A DNA stretch of 64,000 bases from Cyanophyceae cyanobacterium (GCA_038321985.1 JBBQFN010000017.1:47681-111680); one strand, 5' to 3'. Shown: positions 33,377 through 43,253, numbered from the stretch's first letter. Translations and numbers: made by a program. Notes: generated by a model from the sequence alone, not told the origin.

Positions 33377-35033
33377 AGAACCTAAACATGGCGATAGAGG
33401 GGAAAATTGGATACCGCCAGATTTTAATCAATTTGGTGATGAACTTTGGGAAGTTGCCAATATTCTGCGCGATGATGCGGTTCACTCCGTTGATAGATTG
33501 GAAATTTTTAGTCTATTTCTGTTTCTGAAACTTTGGGATGAGATTGAATTAGAAAATGAGGAAGAACTGGGAACTTTGCCAGCGGATGAGCAACTCATTC
33601 CAGATATTTATCGCTTTCATAAGTGGGCAAGCGATCCAGATACTTATGCTAAAAATTGCGAATTTTATGATGCAAATGGTAAAGTTCAAAAATTTGATGA
33701 TTCCATTGCATTCTGCCGTCAAATGTTCGAGAATTTAGCGAATAGAACCTCTAAACATCCGGTTAATAGAGATATTAAACGATTATTTAAAGATACGGTT
33801 TTCCCTTTGCGTCATACCACAACAGTCCGGGGTTTGGCTTCTAAATTGGCCGAGTTGAATTTACGCGAAATTATGGCGCGGGGCATGGCTCCAGGTTCGG
33901 AACGGTTCGATATTTTAGGGCGGACTTATGAATATTTGTTGCAACGGTTTTCGCAGAATAAAGAATTTGCAGAATATTTTACCCCTCGTCATGTTGTAGA
34001 TAAAATTATTGCCATTCTTGAGCCGCAAATTGGTGAAACAATTTACGATCCGGCTTGTGGAACGGGTGGGTTTATTGTCCGGGCGTTTGAATATGTCCGT
34101 AATTTGATTAATCAAAAGAAAGTATCGGCTGATAAAAAGGAAAATTTAATCCGCGACTTGAAAACCAAGCAACTGCACGGGACTGAATTTATCCCTTTGG
34201 TGTTTAAGTTGGCGCTGATGAATATGATTTTGCACCAAGATGGTTCGAGTCAGTTGCGCTGCGATGATAGTCTTTCGAGTAAAGCCCAGGATATCGAAAA
34301 GGATAAATATGATGTGATTCCCGCTAATCCACCTTTTGGCCCTACGAAACAGGAACGGTTGGGAAGTTTTGAATATCACATCAAAATGTATGAAGCGCTG
34401 TTTATTCAGCATATTATGAATGCCTTAAAACCGGGAGGACGGGCGGCAGTAGTTCTCAAGGAAGGGCTGTTATTTGATTCTAAGGGTCAATTGCGGAAGA
34501 TTTGCCGCAAGTTGGTCGAACAGTTTGAGGTTTTGGCGGTGATTAGTTTGCCCAATGGTGTTTTTAATCCCTACAGTGGGGCAAAAACGAGTGTGGTGGT
34601 GTTTCGCCGTCCCTTGGGGCGTGATGATGTTCGCACGTCTCAGATATGGTTTTATCGGGTAGAAAGTGATGGGCGAGATTTGGGGGCGACGCGCAGGCGA
34701 TTAGCTGATTTTGATACGGATGGGGATTTAGAAGATATGGTATCTCTGTTTCCTTATCGCTGGCAGCATCAAAGTCAGGGCGGGGTTAAGGCGATTTTGA
34801 AGTCTGATAACTTGGCAGATTTTGAGGGTAAAAAATCTTGGTGGGCAACCCTTGAGGAGATTAGAAAAACCGATTATAACCTGACGGTTGGGCGTTATTG
34901 TCCCCATCAAGCGGAAGCGGTGGAGCATGAAAAGCCTGCGGTTTTGATTAATCGTTTGTTGGATTTGGGAGAAGAAATACAGGCAGATTTACGGCAACTC
35001 TTGGCGATGATTAGCAACGATGAAGCGGCTTAA
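33369..35033 (+). CDS. hsdM: Type I restriction-modification N6-adenine methyltransferase
   Basis: EYFTPR, DPACGTGGF, NPPF, LKPGGRAAVV. Confidence 0.93.
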   Translation: MAREPKHGDRGENWIPPDFNQFGDELWEVANILRDDAVHSVDRLEIFSLFLFLKLWDEIELENEEELGTLPADEQLIPDIYRFHKWASDPDTYAKNCEFYDANGKVQKFDDSIAFCRQMFENLANRTSKHPVNRDIKRLFKDTVFPLRHTTTVRGLASKLAELNLREIMARGMAPGSERFDILGRTYEYLLQRFSQNKEFAEYFTPRHVVDKIIAILEPQIGETIYDPACGTGGFIVRAFEYVRNLINQKKVSADKKENLIRDLKTKQLHGTEFIPLVFKLALMNMILHQDGSSQLRCDDSLSSKAQDIEKDKYDVIPANPPFGPTKQERLGSFEYHIKMYEALFIQHIMNALKPGGRAAVVLKEGLLFDSKGQLRKICRKLVEQFEVLAVISLPNGVFNPYSGAKTSVVVFRRPLGRDDVRTSQIWFYRVESDGRDLGATRRRLADFDTDGDLEDMVSLFPYRWQHQSQGGVKAILKSDNLADFEGKKSWWATLEEIRKTDYNLTVGRYCPHQAEAVEHEKPAVLINRLLDLGEEIQADLRQLLAMISNDEAA

Positions 35034-35044
35034 AGGGAGGATAA

Positions 35045-35302
35045 ATGATGCAAATTATTAAGTTTAAAACTCGGGTTGATGCCGAAGGAAAAGTGATTTT
35101 ACAAGTTCCTCAAGGTTTGGCGAATCAAGAGTTGGAAATTGCGATTGTCTATCAGCTTGTTTCTCCAAACCCTCCCACCCAAACCCCCGAAGAATTGGGC
35201 TGGCCTTCCGGTTTTTTTGAACAAACCGCAGGTTGTTTAGCCCAGGAGCCGTTGGTGAGATATCCCCAAGGTGAATATGAGACGAGGGAGCCAATCGAGT
35301 GA
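35045..35302 (+). CDS. Putative VapB-type antitoxin
   Basis: Small ORF (WPSGFFEQTAG) overlapping the PIN toxin start by GTGA. Confidence 0.7.
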   Translation: MMQIIKFKTRVDAEGKVILQVPQGLANQELEIAIVYQLVSPNPPTQTPEELGWPSGFFEQTAGCLAQEPLVRYPQGEYETREPIE

Positions 35303-35700
35303 TTTATTTGTTGGATACCAATGTCTGTATTATTTACTTGAACCGTCGAAATTCTGGGGTGCAGCAACATTTAGAACGGTTATCTCCGGGTGATGTTGCC
35401 CTTTGTTCTGTGGTCAAGGCTGAATTGTTTTATGGGGCGATGAGAACCTTAAACCCGACTCGGACACTAGAACTACAGGAAGCATTTTTAAGTCAATTTG
35501 TTTCTTTACCTTTTGATGATGCAGCCGCTTATATTTTTGGAAGAATTCGCGCTCAATTAGCCGCTTTGGGTACGCCTATCGGCCCTTATGATTTGCAAAT
35601 TGCGGCGATCACTTTGGCGAATCATTTGGTTTTGGTGACTCATAATGTGAGTGAGTTTGGCCGGGTGGAAGGGTTACAAATAGAGGACTGGGAAGTATAG
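35299..35700 (+). CDS. vapC: PIN-domain toxin VapC
   Basis: YLLDTN, AELFYG, GPYDLQIAA, LVTHN..EF. Confidence 0.93.
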   Translation: MIYLLDTNVCIIYLNRRNSGVQQHLERLSPGDVALCSVVKAELFYGAMRTLNPTRTLELQEAFLSQFVSLPFDDAAAYIFGRIRAQLAALGTPIGPYDLQIAAITLANHLVLVTHNVSEFGRVEGLQIEDWEV

Positions 35701-35713
35701 GAGGCAAGGAGTT

Positions 35714-37456
35714 ATGAGTCGGGGTGAGAAGGAATTACCGAAAGGGTGGAAGTGGATAAGTTTAAGTGAGTGTGCTAATCCTATTCGTGGGATTTCTTTT
35801 AAAGGTGGCACAGCACAAAAAGAAGCATTTGAAAATTCCATACCATGTCTGCGCACTAGCAACATTCAAAATCAACTAGATTTATCAGATTTAAAATTTA
35901 TTCCCAAGAAACTAATTCCAAATGTCGATAGATTGGTTTCTGTAGGCGATACATTGGTTTCACTTTCAAACAGCAAAGACCTAGTAGGTAAAGTCTGTTT
36001 TGTTAATCTGCTTCCAGAGCCAATGACTTTAGGAACATTTATTTTGGCTTTAAGACCTAACAAAACTGCTATTATAGCTGAATACTTATTTTACTATCTT
36101 GCTTCTTTCCACGTTCAAAGCAAATTAAGAGCATTAGCTAGGCAAACAACAAATATTGCAAATCTCAGCGTTAATGATTTACTAAATATATTAATTCCTA
36201 TTCCCCCCTTACCAGTACAAGAGCAAATTGTCCAGATACTTCAGAAGGCTGATGAGATTCGGCGCAAGCGTCAGGAGGCAGTTGCGATCGCTGATGCAAC
36301 CATATTGTCTATTTTCAATGAAATGTTTAATGGCAAAGATTGGTTAGTTGATGAGTTAGGTAATCATTTAAAAGAAACCCGATATGGAACATCACAAAAA
36401 CTTAGCGTAATTCCCCAAGGATATCCAGTCTTACGCATTCCCAATGTAATTGGAGGAGAAATTAATACAGAAAACATGAAATATCTTGCTGAAATCAAAC
36501 CAGATGAACGTAATAAACTTATCCTTAAAAAAGGAGCTATTCTTTTAGTCCGGACAAATGGTAATCGTGATTATGTTGGTAGGTGTGCAGTTTTTGATTT
36601 ACCAGAAGATTACTTATTTGCATCCTATCTAATCCGCCTTCGTACTCAAGACACTATTGATCCTTACTTTCTGGTATTTTATTTAAATACGGCAAATGGT
36701 CGGAGAGAAATTGACCTAAAAACGAGAACCTCAGCCGGTCAATATAATATTAACACAGAGAATATTCGCTCAATAAAAATTTATATTCCTCCCATTAAAA
36801 CCCAAAGACGTTTTCTTACTCTATTGCAACAATGGAAGGTAAATAAATCAAAACTTGTCTCTAGTTTAGAAGAAAGTGCTAATACTTTTAATGCACTGCT
36901 CTCTCAGGCGTTCACAGGTGAACTCACTGCCGAATGGGAAGCCACCAACGCCGAACAAATAGCCACCAAACAGAAATTCTACCAACGCTTACCCCAACTC
37001 GTTATCCTGTCTTTCCTCAACAAAAAAATCAGCCACATTCAACGGCAAAAAGCCGATACAGCCGTCCTCGTCACTGCCTTAATGAAGTACATTTTTCTCT
37101 TCCAAATGGAAGGCGCAGCAAAGCGCAGACTTTACCAATTTATTCCCTACCATTATGGCCCCTTTGCCAAAGAACTCTATACCGACTTAGAAACACTCCA
37201 AGAGCAAGGTTTAATTACCGTAGATGACAGCGACGAAGACAAAACTCGCATTTCCCTGCTCAATTCTAAAGAAGTTGAGGCAGAATTGGCAGAACTTCCC
37301 GACGACTTGCAAGTAGATATTCAGGCAATTATTGATAGTTATGGGGATTTAGATTTAACTTCCCTTCTGGAGACGGTTTATGAGAAATATCCCGCTTATG
37401 CAAAGAAAAGTAAACTGAAGCAGCGAAAAACTAAGGCAAAAAAAGAGGAAAATTAA
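35714..37456 (+). CDS. hsdS: Type I RM specificity subunit with an extra C-terminal YwgA/DUF4065-like domain
   Basis: LPKGW, two TRDs, IPIPPLPVQEQIV, LLSQAFTGEL near aa 400, then about 175 extra aa with YQFIPYHYGPF. Confidence 0.88.
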   Translation: MSRGEKELPKGWKWISLSECANPIRGISFKGGTAQKEAFENSIPCLRTSNIQNQLDLSDLKFIPKKLIPNVDRLVSVGDTLVSLSNSKDLVGKVCFVNLLPEPMTLGTFILALRPNKTAIIAEYLFYYLASFHVQSKLRALARQTTNIANLSVNDLLNILIPIPPLPVQEQIVQILQKADEIRRKRQEAVAIADATILSIFNEMFNGKDWLVDELGNHLKETRYGTSQKLSVIPQGYPVLRIPNVIGGEINTENMKYLAEIKPDERNKLILKKGAILLVRTNGNRDYVGRCAVFDLPEDYLFASYLIRLRTQDTIDPYFLVFYLNTANGRREIDLKTRTSAGQYNINTENIRSIKIYIPPIKTQRRFLTLLQQWKVNKSKLVSSLEESANTFNALLSQAFTGELTAEWEATNAEQIATKQKFYQRLPQLVILSFLNKKISHIQRQKADTAVLVTALMKYIFLFQMEGAAKRRLYQFIPYHYGPFAKELYTDLETLQEQGLITVDDSDEDKTRISLLNSKEVEAELAELPDDLQVDIQAIIDSYGDLDLTSLLETVYEKYPAYAKKSKLKQRKTKAKKEEN

Positions 37457-39346
37457 ATGGATTTAAAAACATTACTTGAGCGAATAGACCTTGGGGAAGA
37501 CGAAGATATTGAATTCAAATCTGCTGACGGTGGTTGTCCCAAGGAAGTTTGGAAAACTGTCTCAGCTTTTGCCAATACAGATGGCGGCTATATTGTTTTA
37601 GGTGTCACGGAAAATCGAAATAAATTCGAGATTACAGGTGTCCGCAATCCAAGTATTTTAATTAAAGAGTTTTGGAATAATCATAATAATCAGCAAAAAC
37701 TGAGTTTTTCAATTTGCGAAAACTTTAACGTGCAAGATTTGGAGATAGAAGGTCATCATTTAGTTATTATTAAAGTCCCTAGAGCAACCAGAACACAACG
37801 CCCGGTTTATATTAATAACAATCCCATGACGGGAACCTATAAACGCAACCATGAGGGGGATTATCTTTGCACTGATGACGAAGTTCGTCAAATGCTACGC
37901 GATGCCAGTAATGACCCCCAAGATATCCAAATTTTAGATAAATTTGACCTGGGAGACCTCGATCCAGAAACTTTAAAATCTTTTCGTCAACGCTTTAGCT
38001 CTAGGGAACCGGATCATCCTTGGTTAGCATTAGACGATCGCAACTTATTGATTCAATTAGGTGGATGGAGGCGCAATAGAAACACCCAGGAAGAAGGGTT
38101 AACTATCGCTGGTTTACTGATGTTCGGGAGGGGAAATAGTATTTTAGAGAAACTTCCTCGCTATCAACTTGACTATCAAGAACGGCTGTCTACATACCCC
38201 GATGTTCGTTGGACATATAGGCTGACACTTGATGGTAAATGGGAGCCTAATCTTTTTAATTTTTATTATCGGGTCTATAGTCGTTTAGTAAATGATTTAG
38301 ATGTCCCCTTTAAATTAGATAAAGATGCTGTAAGAAGGGGAGAGACTCATGTCCATGAAGCAGTTAGAGAGGCTCTGGTCAACACTTTGATTCATGCTGA
38401 TTATTCATCTCCTCGTCCTATTATAGTAACCAAGTTTACTAATTTATTTTTATTCCATAATCCAGGTCGATTAAGGATTTCTATTATGCAAGTTTATGAT
38501 GGAGGTATCAGCGATCCGCGCAATCCTAAACTGCAAACAATGTTTCAAATGCTTGGTTTAGGAGAAAAAGCCGGATCGGGTTTTAAAAAGATTCTACGAG
38601 CCTGGAAAGAACAACAATGGTTTAAGCCCTTAGTGTCAGAAAAATTTGATTTAGAGATGACATCAGTTGCTCTGCCGATGCTTAGTTTAATTCCGGGGAA
38701 TGTCGAGCAAGAACTAAAAGAAATAGTGGGAGATAACTACTGCGAACTAACAGAATTAGATCGAATTATTTTGGTACTAGCGCATCAGTTTGAAAAAATT
38801 AGTAATAGTGATATTCAGTGTTACAGACAGGAACACCCTAGAGATATAGGAGAGTGCCTAAAGCAGTTGGTCAATAAAGGCTGGTTGGAGCAATCAGGAC
38901 GTGGACGTGGAACCCCGTACGCTCTACCCAATAAAGGTCAACCGGATTTGCTTTCACTGCCTCTAAGCTCTGAATATTATGAGTCTAGCTCCGTGCATAA
39001 TGAGTCTAGCTCCGTGCATAATGAGTCTGGCTCCGTGCATAAGGATGAAAATCTAGTTTTACTAGAAATAGCAGCCCCTGTTCGAGAAAAGCAACGGGTA
39101 AGTCCTGGGTTGATGAGAGAGACTATTTTAAAACTGTGTTCTGAAAGGTATTTAACTGTAAAAAGATTGGCTGAATTATTAAAGCGCAGTCCTGAAACCA
39201 TTAGGAGTCATTACATTAATCCAATGTGGTCAGAAAAATTGCTGGAACTCAAATACCCTGACGAACCCACTCATCCGCAGCAAGCATACAGAACCTTATT
39301 CCCTCAAAAAATCAGCCAGGTTTCTGCTCCTTCATCATCTTCCTAA
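37457..39346 (+). CDS. Schlafen/AlbA_2-domain protein with HATPase-like and wHTH regions
   Basis: EDEDIEFK, SAFANTDGGYIVLGV, REALVN...HADY, NPG, RNP, GEKAGSG. Confidence 0.85.
   Translation: MDLKTLLERIDLGEDEDIEFKSADGGCPKEVWKTVSAFANTDGGYIVLGVTENRNKFEITGVRNPSILIKEFWNNHNNQQKLSFSICENFNVQDLEIEGHHLVIIKVPRATRTQRPVYINNNPMTGTYKRNHEGDYLCTDDEVRQMLRDASNDPQDIQILDKFDLGDLDPETLKSFRQRFSSREPDHPWLALDDRNLLIQLGGWRRNRNTQEEGLTIAGLLMFGRGNSILEKLPRYQLDYQERLSTYPDVRWTYRLTLDGKWEPNLFNFYYRVYSRLVNDLDVPFKLDKDAVRRGETHVHEAVREALVNTLIHADYSSPRPIIVTKFTNLFLFHNPGRLRISIMQVYDGGISDPRNPKLQTMFQMLGLGEKAGSGFKKILRAWKEQQWFKPLVSEKFDLEMTSVALPMLSLIPGNVEQELKEIVGDNYCELTELDRIILVLAHQFEKISNSDIQCYRQEHPRDIGECLKQLVNKGWLEQSGRGRGTPYALPNKGQPDLLSLPLSSEYYESSSVHNESSSVHNESGSVHKDENLVLLEIAAPVREKQRVSPGLMRETILKLCSERYLTVKRLAELLKRSPETIRSHYINPMWSEKLLELKYPDEPTHPQQAYRTLFPQKISQVSAPSSSS
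38981..39043 (+). repeat. In-frame 21-bp tandem repeat, three copies
   Basis: GAGTCTAGCTCCGTGCATAAT twice plus GAGTCTGGCTCCGTGCATAAG. Confidence 0.95.
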
Positions 39347-39469
39347 ACCCCAGAAAACACCGCTGACAACAGCAATCCACCCACAACGCCGGAATCTTGA
39401 ACTTTGCCCCGCAGTTGAGACACTCCCACAGGAAATGCAACCCATACTGACCCAGCTTCACCATTTCAA

Positions 39470-39552
39470 CGACATTAATCTGTCAAAGCGACAAATAATT
39501 TGGCAAGACGACAGTAATCTGTTACCAGCGACAAATAATTTGTTAAATGACA
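39470..39552 (-). mobile_element. Orphan Tn7-like (type V-K CAST-like) transposon end
   Basis: Minus strand TGTCATTT followed by four TnsB-site-like repeats spaced about 20 bp apart (AACAAATTATTTGTCG, TAACAGATTACTGTCG, TGCCAAATTATTTGTCG, TGACAGATTAATGTCG). Confidence 0.7.
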
Positions 39553-39560
39553 ACAAAAAA

Positions 39561-39631
39561 AGCGGGCAGCGAGAATCGAACTCGCATCAATAGCTTGGAA
39601 GGCTATGGTTTTACCACTAAACTATGCCCGC
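39561..39631 (-). tRNA. tRNA-Gly (TCC)
   Basis: GCGGGCATAGTTTAGTGGTAAAACCATAGCCTTCCAAGCTATTGATGCGAGTTCGATTCTCGCTGCCCGCT folds as a cloverleaf. Confidence 0.97.
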
Positions 39632-39852
39632 AGTTGGCAGCGTTAGCTACATGATCCAATATAGCATGACTTTTTCAGATTGCAACATATTTTTTTAACA
39701 AAGGCTGAAGTTGCCTCGGGTAGAGGGTTTCGGTTGTAGCGATCGCGGGGATAGCCCTAGAAAACCTTGACTCGATTCGGTGGGGTTGCTGCACAGTGGA
39801 CTGAGGCGCGTGTCACTATAGAAGGGTAAGCATTCAGGATTATTCCAGGATC

Positions 39853-40476
39853 ATGGATACGGATCCTCTTTATAAACGCTTTCCTAAAGTTGAGATCCCT
39901 CGACGGGGGGCTGCTTTTATTATCGATTATTCGATTGTGGCGCTGTTGAGTTCCCTGGGGGCCGATCGCACAGTTCAGGGGATGTCATGGGGTCAATCTT
40001 TCTTGTTTCTCCTCCTGTGGTTGGGATTGCGGGTACTGCTTCCCGCTCGCAATCAGGGCCAAAGTTTGGGCCGGTGGGCGCTCGATATTACCCTGGTTGA
40101 GTTGCGATTTGGGCGCACGCCGTTATTACAAAATTTATTCAAGCGGGAGGCAGTCGCCGGGGTCGGTGCAGTGTTGGTGGCGATCGGGTTGAGTCACCTG
40201 AACCCGGGGCATGGTGTGGGGATGCTGTTGCTGGTTCCCTTGGCGATCGACTGTAGCGCGGTTTCGTCGGACCCCTTTCGGCGACAAGCGTTTCACGATC
40301 GCATTGCCAACACGATGATTATCGGGACTCTCCGGGGATTTTCCCTGGATATCAAATTAAAACGGGGGTATCGCAAACTCCGAAGGGCCTATCAAGAAAT
40401 CAGGCAAAATCGCGGCGATCGCTTATATGAAAAAATCAAGCAGAATCGAAGCGATCGCCATGACTTCGACGATTAG
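39853..40476 (+). CDS. RDD family membrane protein
   Basis: RRGAAFIID, GQSLGRW, QAFHDRIANT. Confidence 0.88.
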   Translation: MDTDPLYKRFPKVEIPRRGAAFIIDYSIVALLSSLGADRTVQGMSWGQSFLFLLLWLGLRVLLPARNQGQSLGRWALDITLVELRFGRTPLLQNLFKREAVAGVGAVLVAIGLSHLNPGHGVGMLLLVPLAIDCSAVSSDPFRRQAFHDRIANTMIIGTLRGFSLDIKLKRGYRKLRRAYQEIRQNRGDRLYEKIKQNRSDRHDFDD

Positions 40477-40641
40477 GCTTATGGCAACTCAGGAGACAAA
40501 ATCCCCGTAGGTTAAAGACTGTCAACCCCACTTCTGACTGATAAAAAAACTTAATCTAGCTAAAATCGCCCAAATGGACAATTCTATGAGATAATCATAA
40601 ATCGTGTCTAAATCTGTCCTAATTGGGAGCGGGGAGACCTA

Positions 40642-40830
40642 ATGGCTAAAGGTGTCCGAATCATTATTACGTTGGAATGTACCGAGTGCCGGACTAATCC
40701 GGACAAGCGCTCCGCTGGAGTGTCTCGGTACACGACTCAGAAAAACCGTCGAAATACTACCGCACGCTTAGAACTTAAAAAATTCTGCCGGTACTGTAAC
40801 AAACCGACTGTCCATAAAGAAATCAAATAG
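40642..40830 (+). CDS. rpmG: 50S ribosomal protein L33
   Basis: [20 protein letters not shown]. Confidence 0.97.
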   Translation: MAKGVRIIITLECTECRTNPDKRSAGVSRYTTQKNRRNTTARLELKKFCRYCNKPTVHKEIK

Positions 40831-40940
40831 ATGAGACGTTTATCCTCAAGGCAACAACTGGGGCTTTGAGGTGGCGTCTCCAAATTTGTTAAGAGTCCGT
40901 GACTTGTCCATTCAAAAAACTGTACAGAGATTGAACTGCT

Positions 40941-41156
40941 ATGGCATACTACCGTCGGCGTGTTTCGCCAATTAAACCGGATGAACCCATCGACTACAAA
41001 AACGTAGAGCTGCTGCAAAAATTCATCACCGAGCGCGGAAAGATTCTGCCTCGGCGGATTACAGGCTTAACCGCCAAGCAACAGCGGGAACTGACACAAG
41101 CAATTAAGCGAGCCAGAATTGTCGCTTTGTTGCCATTTGTGAACAAAGAAGGATAA
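40941..41156 (+). CDS. rpsR: 30S ribosomal protein S18
   Basis: [24 protein letters not shown]. Confidence 0.98.
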   Translation: MAYYRRRVSPIKPDEPIDYKNVELLQKFITERGKILPRRITGLTAKQQRELTQAIKRARIVALLPFVNKEG

Positions 41157-41237
41157 AAATAGTGGCACTGAAGGCTTTTAGATTTTAGGTGCGATCTGAT
41201 ATCTAAAGTCTAAAACCTAAACGCTGGGGTATCGATC

Positions 41238-43253
41238 GTGGAAAAGGGAACGCTGCTCGAATATCGGCTAAACGGAGACCGACGTCTAGCCGTAGCCGAC
41301 CGTCCGGATGGCAAAAAAAACTGGGTTGTGGTGGATGAACATGGTCAAGCCAATAGCATTCCACCCAGACAAATCGCCTACGAAATCGGTGGAGGTTCCT
41401 ATAAGCCCTCCGATATCCCGAACTTCCGCAAGGAAGTAGAGAAATATCTCGACCCGGATAGTTTAGAGGTGGCGTGGGAAATCTTGGTCGAGGAAAACCG
41501 GGGGGTTGATCCTGGGGAAATGGCAATGTTGCTATTTTCTGAGAATGAGGCCCCCAATCGCTATGCGTCTTACTTGTTGCTGTCCGAGGATAAGCTCTAT
41601 TTCAAGCAAAAAGGAGACCGTTACGAGCCGCGATCGGCCACCCAGGTTGCGGAACTCAAGCACCAACAGGAAGTAGAAACCCAACGACAGCAGGAGTGGG
41701 GCAATTTTGTAGCACGGGTGCAGCAACGACTCGCCGGGGAACTGGTGCAGTGGGAGAGTAGCGATCGCATCCGCATTGAAGCCCTAGAAAAATATGCGGC
41801 CCTGGCAGAAGAAGCGCGAGAACGCAATCAAGCCAAGGAAACCCTCTCTTCCCTAGGCCGGACCGACACGCCCCAAGCTGCCTTTAAGCTTTTGGTAGAG
41901 TTAAAGGTGTGGTCTGAACACGAAAATCTCGTTTTACGACGAACTCAGATCCCAACTCATTTTTCTACCAAGGTACTGGAAGTGGCCCAACGGTGTTTGA
42001 ATTTTCCGCCTCCTGATCTGGATGCAAACAACCGCCTAGATTTGACCCATCTCAAGGTTTATACCATCGATGATGAAAGCACCCTAGAAATTGATGATGG
42101 GGTGAGTTTGGAATACCTGGAAGATGGGCGGCAACGGCTGTGGATTCATATCGCTGACCCGACACGCTTGCTGTGTTTGGGAGATGAATTGGATTTAGAA
42201 GCCCGTCGGCGTAGCACTACGGTTTATCTGCCCACGGGTATGGTACCGATGTTTCCCCACGACTTGGCAACAGGTCCGATGAGTTTGGTGCAGTCCCAAC
42301 TTTGTGCGGCCCTAAGTTTTTCGGTGATTTTAGAGGAGAGTGGTGCGGTAGCGGAATATAGCATCCATGTCTCCACAATTAAGCCAACCTATCGACTGAC
42401 TTACGATGATGTCGATGAGATGTTGCAATTGGGGTTGCAAACAGAAGCGGAAATTAGCGCGATCGGCGCTTGGTCAAAACGTCGCCACGCTTGGCGGGTA
42501 TCTCAAGGGGCTATTACTATTTCCATGCCCGATTCCTCGATCAAGGTGGACGAGAACGAGGAGATCACTATCAAACTCCTGGAAGATTGCCCCTCCCGGC
42601 AACTGGTGGCGGAGATGATGATTTTGGCTGGGGAACTGGGAGCACGCTATGCGCAAACCCACAATATTCCGGTCCCGTTTCGCGGCCAACCTCAGCCGGA
42701 ATTGCCGCCAGAAGAGGAATTGCTGATTTTACCACCGGGTCCGGTGCGATCGAGTGCGATCCGCCGCTGTATGCCTAAAAGCGAGATGGCAACGACTCCA
42801 TGCCGTCATGCGAGTTTGGGGTTGGATGCTTATATCCAAGTCACCTCTCCCATTCGCCGGTATAGCGATTTATTAGCCCACTTCCAGATTAAAGCTCACC
42901 TGCGGGGGGACCCGCTGCCCTTGGCGGTGTTAGAAGTGCAGGAAATTGTCCAGAGTATTGGTATGGCGGTGCGAGAGGCATCGTTAGTCGAACGCCAAAC
43001 CAATCGTTATTGGATTTTGGAATATCTGCGCCGTCACTCGGGGGAAGTTTGGCAGGCGGTGGTATTGCGCTGGTTGCGTGAGGATGAAAATCTCGGCTTA
43101 ATTCTGTTGGAAGATATCGGAATCGAGCTGGCATGGCGTTTTCCCCGGGCGGTGTCCTTGGGCGATCGCCTGGATCTTCAAGTCGCTTATGCCGATCCAC
43201 GAGAAGATCAGATCCATTTCCAAGAGATGGTGTATCAAACCGCTCAATTGTAA
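41238..43253 (+). CDS. RNase II/R (RNB-domain) exoribonuclease
   Basis: TIDDESTLEIDDG, IHIADP, TSPIRRYSDL. Confidence 0.93.
   Translation: MEKGTLLEYRLNGDRRLAVADRPDGKKNWVVVDEHGQANSIPPRQIAYEIGGGSYKPSDIPNFRKEVEKYLDPDSLEVAWEILVEENRGVDPGEMAMLLFSENEAPNRYASYLLLSEDKLYFKQKGDRYEPRSATQVAELKHQQEVETQRQQEWGNFVARVQQRLAGELVQWESSDRIRIEALEKYAALAEEARERNQAKETLSSLGRTDTPQAAFKLLVELKVWSEHENLVLRRTQIPTHFSTKVLEVAQRCLNFPPPDLDANNRLDLTHLKVYTIDDESTLEIDDGVSLEYLEDGRQRLWIHIADPTRLLCLGDELDLEARRRSTTVYLPTGMVPMFPHDLATGPMSLVQSQLCAALSFSVILEESGAVAEYSIHVSTIKPTYRLTYDDVDEMLQLGLQTEAEISAIGAWSKRRHAWRVSQGAITISMPDSSIKVDENEEITIKLLEDCPSRQLVAEMMILAGELGARYAQTHNIPVPFRGQPQPELPPEEELLILPPGPVRSSAIRRCMPKSEMATTPCRHASLGLDAYIQVTSPIRRYSDLLAHFQIKAHLRGDPLPLAVLEVQEIVQSIGMAVREASLVERQTNRYWILEYLRRHSGEVWQAVVLRWLREDENLGLILLEDIGIELAWRFPRAVSLGDRLDLQVAYADPREDQIHFQEMVYQTAQL

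Noticed and set aside
34311..34337. Pro in DVIPANPPF of HsdM as an inactivating mutation
   Set aside because: Catalytic NPPF is intact; cannot be judged without an alignment or methylome
39347..39469. CAST anchor spacer or V-K repeat remnant
   Set aside because: No GGGTTGAAAG-like repeat end or convincing tRNA-matching 17-mer found by eye
39470..39545. Repeats as CRISPR array or iterons
   Set aside because: Units are 16-17 nt with 3-4 nt gaps; they fit transposase-binding sites better, and there is no rep gene
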